From assembly GCA_963724765.1 (NCBI GenBank), contig CAVRVY010000004.1, positions 1,179,175-1,243,174 of the forward strand: a stretch of DNA of 64,000 nt, in the 5' to 3' direction. The notes beneath the pieces were generated by a model. That model saw nothing but the letters and a program-made list of their open reading frames with translations, did no database searches and was not told the DNA's origin. The translations under genes and the position numbers were made by a program. The stretch comes from an uncultured delta proteobacterium (GTDB lineage: Bacteria; Desulfobacterota; Binatia; Binatales; Binataceae). Of the stretch, positions 1-9,845 are shown piece after piece; position 1 is the stretch's first letter, and each line of letters opens with the position of its first letter.

Positions 1-1867
1 TCAAGGTGACGCGCATCACCAGGCGGCCGGTTTCATTCGCCACCAACGCCTGGTCGCCCTCGGCGAGACCCCGACCGGCGGCGTCGGCCGGATGCATCGC
101 GATCGCGGCCGGGCCCACGTGGGCCACTATCTTGGCCACGTTGGAGAAGCTGTCGTTCAGACTCCATTGCGACGATGGCGACAACAATCGCAGCCGCCCC
201 GACGCCGGTCGGGGATCGGCGAGCGGCTGCGGAACTCGCGGATGGCCGTCGGCCGCGGCGCTCTCCGAGGCGATTTCGATACGTCCGCTGGGAGTAGGAA
301 AGTTGAGGTCGCGAAATTGGATCGCCGGCTCGGCGGGAAGGTGCACGGGCGTTCGTGCGGCGAACGCGCGGAAATCCCCGTCGAGCTTTGCACGCTTTAG
401 CAGCGTGACGATCATTTCGGCATCGCTCTCATGCAGTTCGGGCTCGGTAAAGCCCATCGCGCGGGCCAGACGGCGGAATATTTCCGAATTGGGCAGCGCC
501 TCGCCGATCGGCTCTGCCGCCTTGACCTGCGCCGCTAGCGTCAAATGAAAGTAGCTCGCCACGAGATCGTCGAATTCCAGGAAGCTCGCCGCCGGCAGTA
601 CAAAGTCGGCAAAGTCGGTGGTGTCGGTCGGGAACAGATCGAGCACGACGGTCAGCAGGTCTTCCCGCACAAGCGCCTTGCGCAGGCGCTGCTGCTGCGG
701 GTTGGACGCCGCGATATTGATGTTCCAGCAGATCAAGGCCTGCGCGCGCGCCGGGTCTTCAAGACAGGCCGCGAGGTCCATGTGGCTGATTGACGGAGCG
801 CCGCCCTTGCTCAGATGCGGCGCGGTCAGATATTCGGCGTCGATCCCGCGTTGCGCCATGTCGAAGTTCAAGTACACGAAACCGGTGCCGGGCTTGCCGA
901 TATTTCCGGTGACCGCGGGAAGAATCGAGCACGCGCGCATCACGTTGCCGCCGGTCGGCTGACGCTGGAGCGCCTGGCCCATCCACAGCAGCGACGGCCC
1001 CCGGCCATACAGTTGCGCAACCTCCTCGATCAGGTGGGCCGGCACGCCGGTCTGAGCTGCGCCCCAAGCGGGAGTACATGGCGCCAGCATCGGTTCGAGT
1101 TCGTTCCATCCCACGGTGTGTTGTGCGACGAAGTCGCGATCGACCAGCCCTTCCCGCTGGATGACGTGCAGCATCGAAAACGCCAGCGCCGCGTCGCTCC
1201 CCGGGAACGGTTGAAGATGGATATCCGCGGCCTTAGCGGTCGGCGTGCGCACTGGGTCGATTACGACCACCTTGCCCGGCAGCTTCTCGATCCAATGCTC
1301 CTGCACGTGCGGACCCGAAGCTGAAGGATTGGCGCCCCATACGATGATACAGGCGGCGGCGTCGCCGATGCGCGGATCGAAGCCGCTCACCGAAGTTCCA
1401 TAAACGTAGTGCAGGGCCACGTGGCCGGCCATGTTGCAAATCGTGTCGGGACTGACCTCGGTCGCGCCGAGCCGGTTGAAGAAACGCGTCGGAAAGAGGT
1501 ATGCGATGAGCGAGATGGTGCCGCTGTAGTGCGTGTTGAGGATGGCCTGCGGCCCGGCGCTCGCGACGATCCGCTTGAGCCGGTCGGCGATCGCGGACAG
1601 CGCAACGTCCCATGACACCGGCTCGAAGCGGCCCTCGCCCTTGCCTCCGACGCGGCGGAGCGGCCGAGTCAGACGCGCACGCGGGTCCAGCCACTCGTTG
1701 TTGTAGCCAATCGAGCATTTGGGGCACAACTGGCCCTGGCTTACGAAATGCGCGGGATCGCCGCGTACCGACTCGATCGCGCCGTTGCGCTTATGAACCG
1801 CAACACCGCAGGTATCGTAGCAATCGCGCGGGCAGGTGGTGCGAACGATTTCCTCGAGCTCGCTCAT
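1..1867 (-). CDS. molybdopterin (bis-MGD) oxidoreductase family protein, N-terminal ~622 codons; 3-prime end runs off the left edge
   Basis: Absent from the ORF track because no stop lies inside the window. Reverse strand from ATG at 1867-1865 reads MSELEEIVRTTCPRDCYDTCGVAVHKRNGAIESVRGDPAHFVSQGQLCPKC..., the Cys-rich 4Fe-4S motif that opens molybdopterin oxidoreductases. Hand translation stays protein-like (..VVIDPVRTPTAKAADIHLQPFPGSDAALAFSMLHVI..) down to position 2. No listed minus-strand ORF shares this frame. Confidence 0.8.
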   Translation of the reverse strand, partial: MSELEEIVRTTCPRDCYDTCGVAVHKRNGAIESVRGDPAHFVSQGQLCPKCSIGYNNEWLDPRARLTRPLRRVGGKGEGRFEPVSWDVALSAIADRLKRIVASAGPQAILNTHYSGTISLIAYLFPTRFFNRLGATEVSPDTICNMAGHVALHYVYGTSVSGFDPRIGDAAACIIVWGANPSASGPHVQEHWIEKLPGKVVVIDPVRTPTAKAADIHLQPFPGSDAALAFSMLHVIQREGLVDRDFVAQHTVGWNELEPMLAPCTPAWGAAQTGVPAHLIEEVAQLYGRGPSLLWMGQALQRQPTGGNVMRACSILPAVTGNIGKPGTGFVYLNFDMAQRGIDAEYLTAPHLSKGGAPSISHMDLAACLEDPARAQALICWNINIAASNPQQQRLRKALVREDLLTVVLDLFPTDTTDFADFVLPAASFLEFDDLVASYFHLTLAAQVKAAEPIGEALPNSEIFRRLARAMGFTEPELHESDAEMIVTLLKRAKLDGDFRAFAARTPVHLPAEPAIQFRDLNFPTPSGRIEIASESAAADGHPRVPQPLADPRPASGRLRLLSPSSQWSLNDSFSNVAKIVAHVGPAAIAMHPADAAGRGLAEGDQALVANETGRLVMRVTL

Positions 1868-1881
1868 CGTGAACGCTCCTG

Positions 1882-3309
1882 TTAATTCGGCGCATCGCCC
1901 GTGGCTTGCGCGACTTCCGATGCGGGCTGATTCGCGCCGGCGAATCCGGCAATCCGTTTGCCCCGGGCGCGGATCCAGAACAACCCTATTATCATGTACG
2001 CAAGGAATATGTATGGGAAAACGCCATACGGCCAAGCAGGGATTGGATATACGCTCCCGACCGCAGGAAACAGCAGCAACAGCGCCGCCGCGCCGGCGAG
2101 CGCATAATCGCGGCCGCGAACGATGCCTTCGTGCTTCAGATATGCGGGCGCCGCGATTGAAACCAGGAAGTATGAGCCGATGAATCCGAACGCGGTCAGA
2201 GTTCCGGCGTAACCGACGATGTCGAACGGCTGCGTCCCCGGCACCAGCAGCATCGCAGCCGGCACCACGAAGAGCAGCGCGCCCATTATGGTTACCGCGA
2301 CGTGCGGCGTTTCGTGGGTGTCGTGCGCGGCGCCGACGGATGAAGGGAGAAGCCCGTGATGGCTCAGCGAGTAGAGAATCCGCGCGCCCGAATTGAGACA
2401 CGCCAGCCCGCCCGAGAAGCAGCTTACGATGACTGCCAGGGACAACGGCACCACCAGCGCGGGCATCCTCACCACCTGGGCCAGGATGTTGAGCGGCGTA
2501 TCGACCTTATCCAGCGGCGTCTTGTAACCGATGAAGCCGAGTATCTCGGTGTAGGAAACCAGCACGAAAAAGAGACCCGTCAGCACCAGGTTTACGATCA
2601 GCACGCGCGGAATCGTAACCAGCGGCTCCTTCGCCTCATCGCCGAAGGCGGTGGCGTTCTCGAAGCCTACCAGACTGAAGACCGCGATATTCACGCCCAT
2701 CGCGATTCCGGACAGCGAGGATCCTTTCAGGGTGAGCTGCGCGGTATCCAGCGCGAATTTGTGTTTGGACAGCACCACGGCACAGAGGATCAGAATCATC
2801 GTTATCGAGACGGCTTCGAACACCAGCATCACGATGCTCGAAATCTGTACGTCCTCGTAAGCGAGGAACCAGATTATGAAGCACAGGATCGCAAACATCA
2901 GCATGTTCGGTATCTGGAACCCGAGCATCCCGAGCAGCGCGTTGCCAAAGATCGCGAAGCCCGCCACCCCGGCGATACCGTCGAAGAGGTAAGCCCAGAC
3001 CAGGCACCATCCCGAGACCCCGCCGGTCGTCGCACCGAGTCCCATCACCGTGTAGGTGTGCATGGAACCGGTCGCGGCCGAACGGCGCGCGAACTGGTTC
3101 AGATTGAAGGTCACGAACAGCAGCATGATCGTTCCGAAGAGGTAAGCGAGCCAGCTTGCATTGCCGGCGTTGGCGTATATCAGCGGAACGATCAGCGCCG
3201 CGACGATGGTCGGCCCGATATTCGCCACCGAGATCGCCGAGAGCTCGGTGAAGTTGAGGCATCCGGCGCGTAATGCTCCCGCCGCGGCCTTTTTCGAGGA
3301 GGTTTCCAT
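1882..3309 (-). CDS. APC-superfamily amino acid/polyamine permease
   Basis: ORF 1882..3348. Strongly hydrophobic multi-span protein (..ISVANIGPTIVAALIVPLIYANAGNASWLAYLFG..). ATG at 3309 (METSSKK) preferred over the TTG at 3348. Its stop is 14 nt upstream of the oxidoreductase start, suggesting an operon. Confidence 0.8.
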   Translation of the reverse strand: METSSKKAAAGALRAGCLNFTELSAISVANIGPTIVAALIVPLIYANAGNASWLAYLFGTIMLLFVTFNLNQFARRSAATGSMHTYTVMGLGATTGGVSGWCLVWAYLFDGIAGVAGFAIFGNALLGMLGFQIPNMLMFAILCFIIWFLAYEDVQISSIVMLVFEAVSITMILILCAVVLSKHKFALDTAQLTLKGSSLSGIAMGVNIAVFSLVGFENATAFGDEAKEPLVTIPRVLIVNLVLTGLFFVLVSYTEILGFIGYKTPLDKVDTPLNILAQVVRMPALVVPLSLAVIVSCFSGGLACLNSGARILYSLSHHGLLPSSVGAAHDTHETPHVAVTIMGALLFVVPAAMLLVPGTQPFDIVGYAGTLTAFGFIGSYFLVSIAAPAYLKHEGIVRGRDYALAGAAALLLLFPAVGSVYPIPAWPYGVFPYIFLAYMIIGLFWIRARGKRIAGFAGANQPASEVAQATGDAPN

Positions 3310-3488
3310 AGGACCGTACAATCTAGTTTCGCGCGATGGCCCGTGCAAAGAGCCACTTTGCTGCGATCTTATAGAGCCACCTAGCGCATGCGGCCGACCA
3401 GGTTGTAATCGGCCTCATCGTGTAATTGACTGGCAGCGGCGGGGTTTTGCGCTCGAATTTGCATTCGGGGGCGCCGCCGATATCGGCA

Positions 3489-4973
3489 ATGTTTCTCAAG
3501 CTCGATCAGCAAGGGTTGCTCTACAGCCAGGTTTACCGGGCGCTCCGCCGGCAGATCCTCAGCGGGAGGATGCGTCCGGGCTCGCGCCTGCCGTCGACCA
3601 GATGGCTCGCCTCGGAACTTGGGATTTCGCGCAACACCGCGCTGCTCGCGTACGAGCAGCTAATCGCCGAAGGATACCTGACCGCGGGCTCGCACGCCGG
3701 CACGAAGGTGGCCTCGGAACTTCCCGAGAATCTCACTTTCGTCGCGCCCGACCGGGTCTCTGGCAAACACGCAATCCCGTCCGCGGTCCGGCTATCCAGC
3801 TTCGCCTCCGTGATTGCCGACGATCCGGTCAGTGCGTCATTGATTCGGGAGATACTGCTGCGCCCCGCGTTGCCCTACGATTTTCGCTACGGCCGTCCTT
3901 CGTTTGCCGATTTCCCGCATGCGACTTGGGATCGCACGTTGGCGCGCCGCGCAAGGCGCCGTTCGATTGGCGACCTCGACTACGGAGCACCGGAAGGAAT
4001 GGCGCCGCTGCGCAAGGAGTTGGCGGAATATCTGCGCCGCGCACGCGCGGTCAACTGCTCGCCCGAGCAAGTTATTGTTGTGAGCGGCTCACAACAGGCC
4101 ATCGACCTCGCCGTGTGTGTCCTGATCGATCGCGGCGACCGCGTGGTGCTCGAGAATCCGCACTACTTTCCCGCGCGCAACGTATCGCGCGCGGCCGGCG
4201 CATCGATCGAATTCGTCGACGTCGATGACCAGGGGATGAAGATCGGCGACCTGGCGGCGAAAAGAGGACGGGTCAAGTTGGTCTTCGTCACCCCATCGCA
4301 TCAGTTTCCCACCGGCGCGCTGATGCCGCTTGGGCGCAGGCTGGAGCTGCTGGCCTGGGCAAATCGTACCGGCGCGGTCGTTTTCGAGGACGACTACGAC
4401 AGCGAGTATCGCTATTCCGGCCGGCCGGTCGAAGCGCTCCAGGCGCTCGACGAGAGCGGCCGGGTGCTGTATTCGGGCACCTTTTCAAAGACGATGTTTC
4501 CCGGTTTGCGGCTCGGCTACCTGGTAGTCCCCAATCAGCTCGTCGATATCTTCCGCTCGGTCAAGTCTTTGCTCGACGCCGCGTGCCCCACGAACACGCA
4601 GCTTGCGCTCGCGGAATTCATGCGCGACGGCCACTTCGAGCGGCATCTGCGCCGATCGAATGCGCGCAACGCCGAGCGGCGTGCCGTGTTGCTGGAGTCG
4701 ATCGGCCGCCACCTCGGCGGACGGGTCGAGGTGTCGGGCGCCGAAGGTGGGCTGCACATTCTGCTCTGGCTGAGCGACATTTCGATGCGCCGCAGCGCCG
4801 ACGTTGTCGCGCGCGCCGAGCAAGCGGGGGTGGGTGTTTACCCGGTCGGCCCATTCTACGCGAAGCCGCCCAGGCGCACGGGCCTGTTGCTCGGCTATAC
4901 TTCGCTCACGGCAAGGGAAATCGCGGAAGGAATTCGACGGCTGGCGTCAGTGGTCGCCGCGATGAGCGGCTAG
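3489..4973 (+). CDS. MocR/PdxR-type transcriptional regulator (GntR winged helix fused to aminotransferase class I/II-like domain)
   Basis: ORF 3426..4973; start taken at MFLKLDQQ. N-terminus YSQVYRALRRQILSGRMRPGSRLPSTRWLASELGISRNTALLAYEQL is a GntR HTH. The C-terminal ~350 aa are aminotransferase-like (..SGTFSKTMFPGLRLGYLV..). Divergent from the permease operon. Confidence 0.85.
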   Translation: MFLKLDQQGLLYSQVYRALRRQILSGRMRPGSRLPSTRWLASELGISRNTALLAYEQLIAEGYLTAGSHAGTKVASELPENLTFVAPDRVSGKHAIPSAVRLSSFASVIADDPVSASLIREILLRPALPYDFRYGRPSFADFPHATWDRTLARRARRRSIGDLDYGAPEGMAPLRKELAEYLRRARAVNCSPEQVIVVSGSQQAIDLAVCVLIDRGDRVVLENPHYFPARNVSRAAGASIEFVDVDDQGMKIGDLAAKRGRVKLVFVTPSHQFPTGALMPLGRRLELLAWANRTGAVVFEDDYDSEYRYSGRPVEALQALDESGRVLYSGTFSKTMFPGLRLGYLVVPNQLVDIFRSVKSLLDAACPTNTQLALAEFMRDGHFERHLRRSNARNAERRAVLLESIGRHLGGRVEVSGAEGGLHILLWLSDISMRRSADVVARAEQAGVGVYPVGPFYAKPPRRTGLLLGYTSLTAREIAEGIRRLASVVAAMSG

Positions 4974-5081
4974 ATGTGCCGATTAAATGCCATTGGAATA
5001 AATGCGATTGATTGATCGATCGCACGATTGAAGGGACTCGACCGTGCGGCCAGGAGCTAATAGAGTTACCCTTCTTCAGCA

Positions 5082-6062
5082 ATGAACCAGACAATCAAAG
5101 AACCGTTAGCGGAGAACTCGGCGATGATCGGCAAGTACATGCGCTACCCTTTCGCCGAGGGCAACTACAGTCTTGCGCTCGGCCTGGTGCCGATGGGCGA
5201 GGAGACCTGGCTCGACATCGACGAGCACTATGCCGATGAGATGCGCGAAAAGGCGCGCCGCCTGCGCGATGAATACGCGATGGTGTTCTGCGCGATGTCG
5301 GGCAGTGAGCGCGGCCAGGCCGAAGTGCTGGAGATGCTGCTGGAGCATCTGGCCACCTATTATCCGAATTTGTTTCGCATCACGCGCGCCGCGGCTTCGC
5401 GGGGCGCGGACGACGGCATCGAGCCCGACGCCCGCATCGAAAATCTTATCAATGGCGAAATCTGGCGCGTGGGCGACTTCAGCGCCGCGCCGCTCGACCT
5501 GGCCGGCCGCCTGGTTCAGGAAGACCTCTGCCTCATGAGCCCTGACGGCAAGGGCACTTACGTGCTCAGCGCCGGCTCAGTCTGCTTTCCATTGCGCTGG
5601 GAGCTGACGGAAAAATTCGGGTTGCCGATGGCCGGTATTCATCAGGCCGTTCCCGGCTACGATGAGAAGCTCGCGGCCCCGTCCGACCGCTACATGGTGG
5701 GACTCAAGGCGCACAAGCCCTCGTGGCGGTCCAACTGGAGCATCGTCGACGCACCGGACCTCTATTTGAAGCAGCGCCGGTTCAGGCAGGACCGGAACAG
5801 CGAGATCACGGCCGTGAACGCCGGCCACAAGCTGTGGATTAGATCGGAGCGGCAAAGCCTGCGAAGATTGCCGCGCTCGGGCGATGTGATTTTCACGATC
5901 CGAACGTACATTCGGCCACTGTCGGTGCTGGAGAGCCTTCCGTCCGTGGCGCGAGGCTTAGCTCAGGCGCTCGACAAACTTCCCGCCGAGATGCGCAGCT
6001 ACAAGAATCAGCTTCCAATCCGCGACGCCCTGCTCGCCTACCTAAGCCGTATCAGCGGCTGA
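5082..6062 (+). CDS. DUF3445 family protein (heme-dependent oxidative N-demethylase-like family)
   Basis: 326 aa. Recognised by overall pattern (..ETWLDIDEHY.., ..LVQEDLCLM.., ..SAGSVCFPLRW..). Family call is from memory of DUF3445 proteins. Confidence 0.55.
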   Translation: MNQTIKEPLAENSAMIGKYMRYPFAEGNYSLALGLVPMGEETWLDIDEHYADEMREKARRLRDEYAMVFCAMSGSERGQAEVLEMLLEHLATYYPNLFRITRAAASRGADDGIEPDARIENLINGEIWRVGDFSAAPLDLAGRLVQEDLCLMSPDGKGTYVLSAGSVCFPLRWELTEKFGLPMAGIHQAVPGYDEKLAAPSDRYMVGLKAHKPSWRSNWSIVDAPDLYLKQRRFRQDRNSEITAVNAGHKLWIRSERQSLRRLPRSGDVIFTIRTYIRPLSVLESLPSVARGLAQALDKLPAEMRSYKNQLPIRDALLAYLSRISG

Positions 6063-6079
6063 GCACTGCCCTGTATAAG

Positions 6080-6101
6080 CCTCTCCTTGTCCAAGGAGAG
6101 G
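6080..6101. terminator. perfect 10+10 palindrome CCTCTCCTTG-tc-CAAGGAGAGG between convergent genes
   Basis: Read directly from the sequence. Lies between the stop of the + gene (6062) and the stop of the - gene (6139). No U-run follows, so an intrinsic-terminator role is only suggested. Confidence 0.35.
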
Positions 6102-6138
6102 TCGCCGGAAGGGACCGCGTCAGTTATGTAGAGGTCTC

Positions 6139-6711
6139 TCAGTGCGGCCGCAGGACGGTTGGCGGCGGCGGCGCATCGGTAGTGTCCAGCGCACGCGCCG
6201 GGCGCTCTCCCATCACACCAGTCAGATACAGGAACACGGTCCAGAAACTGCGCGACCAGGGAAAGCTCACGAACAGGCTGACCATCACGCAGGCTGAAAT
6301 CACGGCGATTTCCACGATCTGCGGGAGTGTCGTGAAACCCAGCTCGAGCGCCGCCCACGCCACGATTGCGATGCCGGCGGCGCAGGCCCAATCGATCACG
6401 AACGCGCCGAGCCATTCGCCCTGGTCGACCCAGAAGACCGCATCGCATTGGCTGCATCGCGGATTCATCCTGAAGTAGGAAGCGAAGACCATGCCGCGGC
6501 CACATCGCGGACATCGTTTGCCGAACGCTCGCCGAACCAGCGTCCATCCCGGCACGCGCGGCTCCACGTCTCCAGCCGCGGCGCGTTGCGCGGCGGCCTC
6601 GGCACTGTCCTCACGCGCCATCGCAAGGGCAAGGATGACGCCGAGCCCCGCCATCATCGCGATAATCCCGAGCGCCGCGATCATCGCGAATATCATCTGA
6701 AACTTGCTCAT
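6139..6711 (-). CDS. DUF983-like zinc-ribbon membrane protein
   Basis: ORF 6139..6801; start taken at MSKFQMIFAM. Has a CPRCGRG...CSQCD zinc ribbon followed by hydrophobic segments. Confidence 0.5.
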   Translation of the reverse strand: MSKFQMIFAMIAALGIIAMMAGLGVILALAMAREDSAEAAAQRAAAGDVEPRVPGWTLVRRAFGKRCPRCGRGMVFASYFRMNPRCSQCDAVFWVDQGEWLGAFVIDWACAAGIAIVAWAALELGFTTLPQIVEIAVISACVMVSLFVSFPWSRSFWTVFLYLTGVMGERPARALDTTDAPPPPTVLRPH

Positions 6712-6752
6712 AGCTGGCCCTGCTTCTTGCATCTTATCGCGTAGCGCTGCTG

Positions 6753-7550
6753 ATGCTATCCATGAAGGCGATGGCGCCCCGGCTTCACCAGTTCTATGCA
6801 ATCGCCTTTGAAGAAAATCTGGCGCTCAGGCAACTCGCCCTGGTTTTTCCGCAAGCGAAGATTTCCCCACATGAGCTATACGCGCCGATCGAGCCGGAAG
6901 GCGGCATTTACGCCTTCCCCTTCGGCGCGGTGGTGGCCTACGACGTGCCGCCCGAGCGCCGCGAAGCCGAACTGGCGCGGCTCTTCCGCATGGGGCCGAA
7001 GCTTACCACGCAAGTGATTCGCGAAGATTACTCGGTGCTCGAGGATCCCGGCTTCTCCACGGGGATCGTCGAGGGCACGCTCAGAGTCGACCGTCTCACC
7101 CCCGCGCGCGCCGGTATCGTTTCGCTAATCGTGGCGCAGAGCGCGGCAATGGAGTACTACGAGCGAATCGTTGACCGGCTTTCCACTCGCACCGGGAGCT
7201 TCGTCGAACGTCTGGAACGGCGCGGAACGGTACCGTTGCGCACGCGCCGGCTCTATCGTTTCATCGGTGAGGCCATCTCGACCCGCAGCGAGGTGCTGCA
7301 GGTGCTCCATCTGTTGGACAAGCCCGACGCGGCGTGGGACGACTCGGAGATGGATCGAATCTACGGCGACCTCAGAGCCGAATTCGACCTGGTCGACCGC
7401 TATCGGGCGCTGGAGCTCAAGCTGCGCGCCGTTCAGGAGGCACTGGAGCTACTGGCGGAAGTCGCGCGCGACCGGCGCGTGCTTTTGCTGGAGATAATCG
7501 TCGTCATCCTGATCCTCCTGGAGGTCGTGATGCCCCTGGTTCGGCTATAG
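6753..7550 (+). CDS. RMD1/DUF155 family protein with C-terminal membrane anchor
   Basis: 265 aa. Pattern ..IYAFPFGAVVAYDV.., ..QSAAMEYYE.. and a C-terminal LLLEIIVVILILLEVV helix are typical of DUF155 proteins. Confidence 0.55.
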   Translation: MLSMKAMAPRLHQFYAIAFEENLALRQLALVFPQAKISPHELYAPIEPEGGIYAFPFGAVVAYDVPPERREAELARLFRMGPKLTTQVIREDYSVLEDPGFSTGIVEGTLRVDRLTPARAGIVSLIVAQSAAMEYYERIVDRLSTRTGSFVERLERRGTVPLRTRRLYRFIGEAISTRSEVLQVLHLLDKPDAAWDDSEMDRIYGDLRAEFDLVDRYRALELKLRAVQEALELLAEVARDRRVLLLEIIVVILILLEVVMPLVRL

Positions 7551-7656
7551 ATGACCGTCATCTGGTATTTTTTGCGCATTTGTGACAAATGCGTCCTTCG
7601 ACAGACGCTCGCAAGGTGTCACATCCGCAAGGTATCAATCCGATCGAGGTGCTCTT

Positions 7657-8688
7657 ATGCCAACCGATACGCAAAATCCGCGACTGCGCTTTGGCCTCTG
7701 GGTCGATTTCCGTAATCCGCCCCAGTGGCGCCGTCCTTATAAGGACCTTTACGCGGAGACGCTGGAAATGATCGCCTGGGCCGAGAGTATCGGCTACCAC
7801 GACGTCTGGCTGAGCGAGCATCACTTCGTTGACGACGGCTACTCGCCTGCGCAGATGCCGATCGCGGCGGCGATTGCGGTCAAGACGAAAAAAATCAGGA
7901 TCGGCACCTCGGTCGTGCTGCTGCCAATGTACGATCCGGTGCGGCTGGCGGAGGATGGCGCGACCGTGGACATCCTTTCGGACGGCCGCTTCGAGCTCGG
8001 TGCAGGCCTGGGCTACCGGGCCGGGGAGTTCGAGGGACTGGGACTGAAATACAAGGAGCGCGCCGGACGGATGAACGAGGCGCTCGAGATCATTCGCCGG
8101 CTGTGGGAGGGCGAAACGCTCACTTTTCACGGCAAGCACTTCCATATTGAAGGAGCACGGGTCTCGCCCGAACCGGTGCAGAAGCCACGCCCTCCGATTT
8201 GGGTCGGTGGCTTTGCGGCGGCGGCGACCCGGCGCGCGGCGCGCTACGGCGACGGTTTTATCGCGATCAATGAAGTGCGGGCCTCCTACGACAATTACGT
8301 GGCCGAGTTGCGCGCGCTGGGCAAAGATCCCGCCAAGGCCCACGTCATCGCCGGGCACGTCTGGCTGGTGGTGGCGAACGATCCCGACAAGACCTGGCGC
8401 GAACTCGCGCCGCACGTGCTCTATCAGATCAATCTCTACGCCAAGTGGATGGGTGATTCGGGACAGGACTTCTTTCCGCACCTGAGTTCGGTGGAAGAGC
8501 TGCGCAAAAGCGGCTTGCTCAACGTGGCCACCCCCGCGCAGGCGGTTGAGCTGATTCGCGACTATGCCTCGCGCATCCCGATCGAGCGCTACTACACCTG
8601 GACTTGTCCGCCGGGTTATCCGCCGAAAAAGATGTACGAGCACCTGGAGCTGTTCGCGAGCAAGGTGATGCCGCATTTTCGCGGCTGA
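7657..8688 (+). CDS. LLM-class (luciferase-like) flavin/F420-dependent oxidoreductase
   Basis: ORF 7582..8688; ATG at 7657 (MPTDTQNPRLRFGLW) follows GAGG. Contains ..GYHDVWLSEHHF.. and ..PRPPIWVGG.. motifs. Confidence 0.8.
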   Translation: MPTDTQNPRLRFGLWVDFRNPPQWRRPYKDLYAETLEMIAWAESIGYHDVWLSEHHFVDDGYSPAQMPIAAAIAVKTKKIRIGTSVVLLPMYDPVRLAEDGATVDILSDGRFELGAGLGYRAGEFEGLGLKYKERAGRMNEALEIIRRLWEGETLTFHGKHFHIEGARVSPEPVQKPRPPIWVGGFAAAATRRAARYGDGFIAINEVRASYDNYVAELRALGKDPAKAHVIAGHVWLVVANDPDKTWRELAPHVLYQINLYAKWMGDSGQDFFPHLSSVEELRKSGLLNVATPAQAVELIRDYASRIPIERYYTWTCPPGYPPKKMYEHLELFASKVMPHFRG

Positions 8689-8726
8689 CGATAAGACCGT
8701 CGCGTGATCGCCGGCGGCCGGCCCGT

Positions 8727-9725
8727 CTAAGCGGCGCCGCGCGTTCGCCGGCGGAGAGTTCGAATCGCGCTGGCGAGCTGCTCGCGCTGCCCGGTCCGCT
8801 CGATGCGGTTGAGCAGGCTCAGAACCCGGCGCGGCTCACCAAGGTCGCTCCATTCGAGATTGCTCACCGCAAGCACGGCCAGCGTTTCAGGCGCACGGGC
8901 CAGCACGCGTTGGGAAAACTCGATCCGCGGCAGGTCGCGATAGAGCGATTCGATAGTCCGCCCCTCGAACATCGTGCCCAGCACGGGCCTTACGCTGTGA
9001 AAGGCGCCATGCAGCCAAGGCAACGTTTTCAGAATCAGGCTCAGCAGCGCCGAGACCTTGGCCACCAGGATGAAGCTGTTCCTGTGCGCACCGGCATTCC
9101 AGATCGCGCGCGTGGTTTCGGCGGGCGGTTTTTCCCAGAAACGGCGCACCTCAAATAGCCGTGCCGCCTCGTTGATTATTGGCGCTCCAAGCTCGAACCA
9201 GCCATAGCCAGATTCCGGCCGCTCGGCCGCGACTCCCAGAGCCACCGTGTGCTCCGGAAACTCAGAGACCAGTGCGAAAGCATGCTCCACGTTGCGCATC
9301 AACTCCGCGTCGTCGCTGAACCAGTGGTCGGAGGGGAACACGGCGACCGAGGCCGTGGGATCCGTTTCCGCCAGGCAAAACGCGCCATAGGCGATCGCGG
9401 TGGCAGTGCCGCGGTTTTCGGGCTGAACCATAAAGTTACGATGCAGGTTGTGATACGGAAGTTCCGCCATCATCGGCGAGAAAAATCGCTCATGCGAGCG
9501 GGTCACCACGGTCAGGGTTTGGTCAGGATTAACCGCCAGGGCGACGCGACGGAGCGTCATTTGCAGCAGAGTTTCCCGCTCCAGGAGCGGGCAGAACTGC
9601 TTGGGCACATCATAGCCCAGCCGGCGGGTCAACGTGCGCAGACGCTGGCCTTCACCTCCGGCCAGAACGATCGCCCATCGATTTTGATTTTGCGTGTCCA
9701 GCGTGTCCATCTCGATTATGCACAC
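8727..9725 (-). CDS. sugar-phosphate nucleotidyltransferase (mannose-1-phosphate guanylyltransferase-like)
   Basis: WAIVLAGGEGQRLRTLT glycine-rich NTP-transferase motif near the N-terminus. Start may be the GTG at 9725 or the ATG at 9710. Confidence 0.7.
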   Translation of the reverse strand: MCIIEMDTLDTQNQNRWAIVLAGGEGQRLRTLTRRLGYDVPKQFCPLLERETLLQMTLRRVALAVNPDQTLTVVTRSHERFFSPMMAELPYHNLHRNFMVQPENRGTATAIAYGAFCLAETDPTASVAVFPSDHWFSDDAELMRNVEHAFALVSEFPEHTVALGVAAERPESGYGWFELGAPIINEAARLFEVRRFWEKPPAETTRAIWNAGAHRNSFILVAKVSALLSLILKTLPWLHGAFHSVRPVLGTMFEGRTIESLYRDLPRIEFSQRVLARAPETLAVLAVSNLEWSDLGEPRRVLSLLNRIERTGQREQLASAIRTLRRRTRGAA

Positions 9726-9775
9726 TACTGCGTCGCGAGAACGAAGTAGCGCGCAGCGATTACGCTGTGATGAAT

Positions 9776-9814
9776 GATTGATTAATCAATTTTGACGGAT
9801 AGGGCTTGACGGAT
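9776..9814. promoter_or_regulatory. AT-rich operator-like cluster: 14-bp perfect palindrome ATTGATTAATCAAT (9777-9790) followed by 2x TTGACGGAT (9792-9800, 9806-9814)
   Basis: Read directly from the sequence. Located 50-90 nt upstream of the nucleotidyltransferase start, in an AT-rich patch of an otherwise GC-rich region. Confidence 0.4.
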
Positions 9815-9845
9815 CGCTGCGTCTTTAGGCTGGGGCAGCGACGCC

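Noticed and set aside
6-1727. Several 60-180-aa ORFs on both strands at the left edge (e.g. 6..548, 815..1324, 1233..1727)
   Set aside because: All lie inside, and out of frame with, the unlisted edge-truncated molybdopterin oxidoreductase gene. That gene has a clear Fe-S motif and continuous protein-like translation.
7558-8676. 372-aa minus-strand ORF
   Set aside because: It is antisense to the LLM oxidoreductase, which has clear family motifs. It has shadow-ORF composition.
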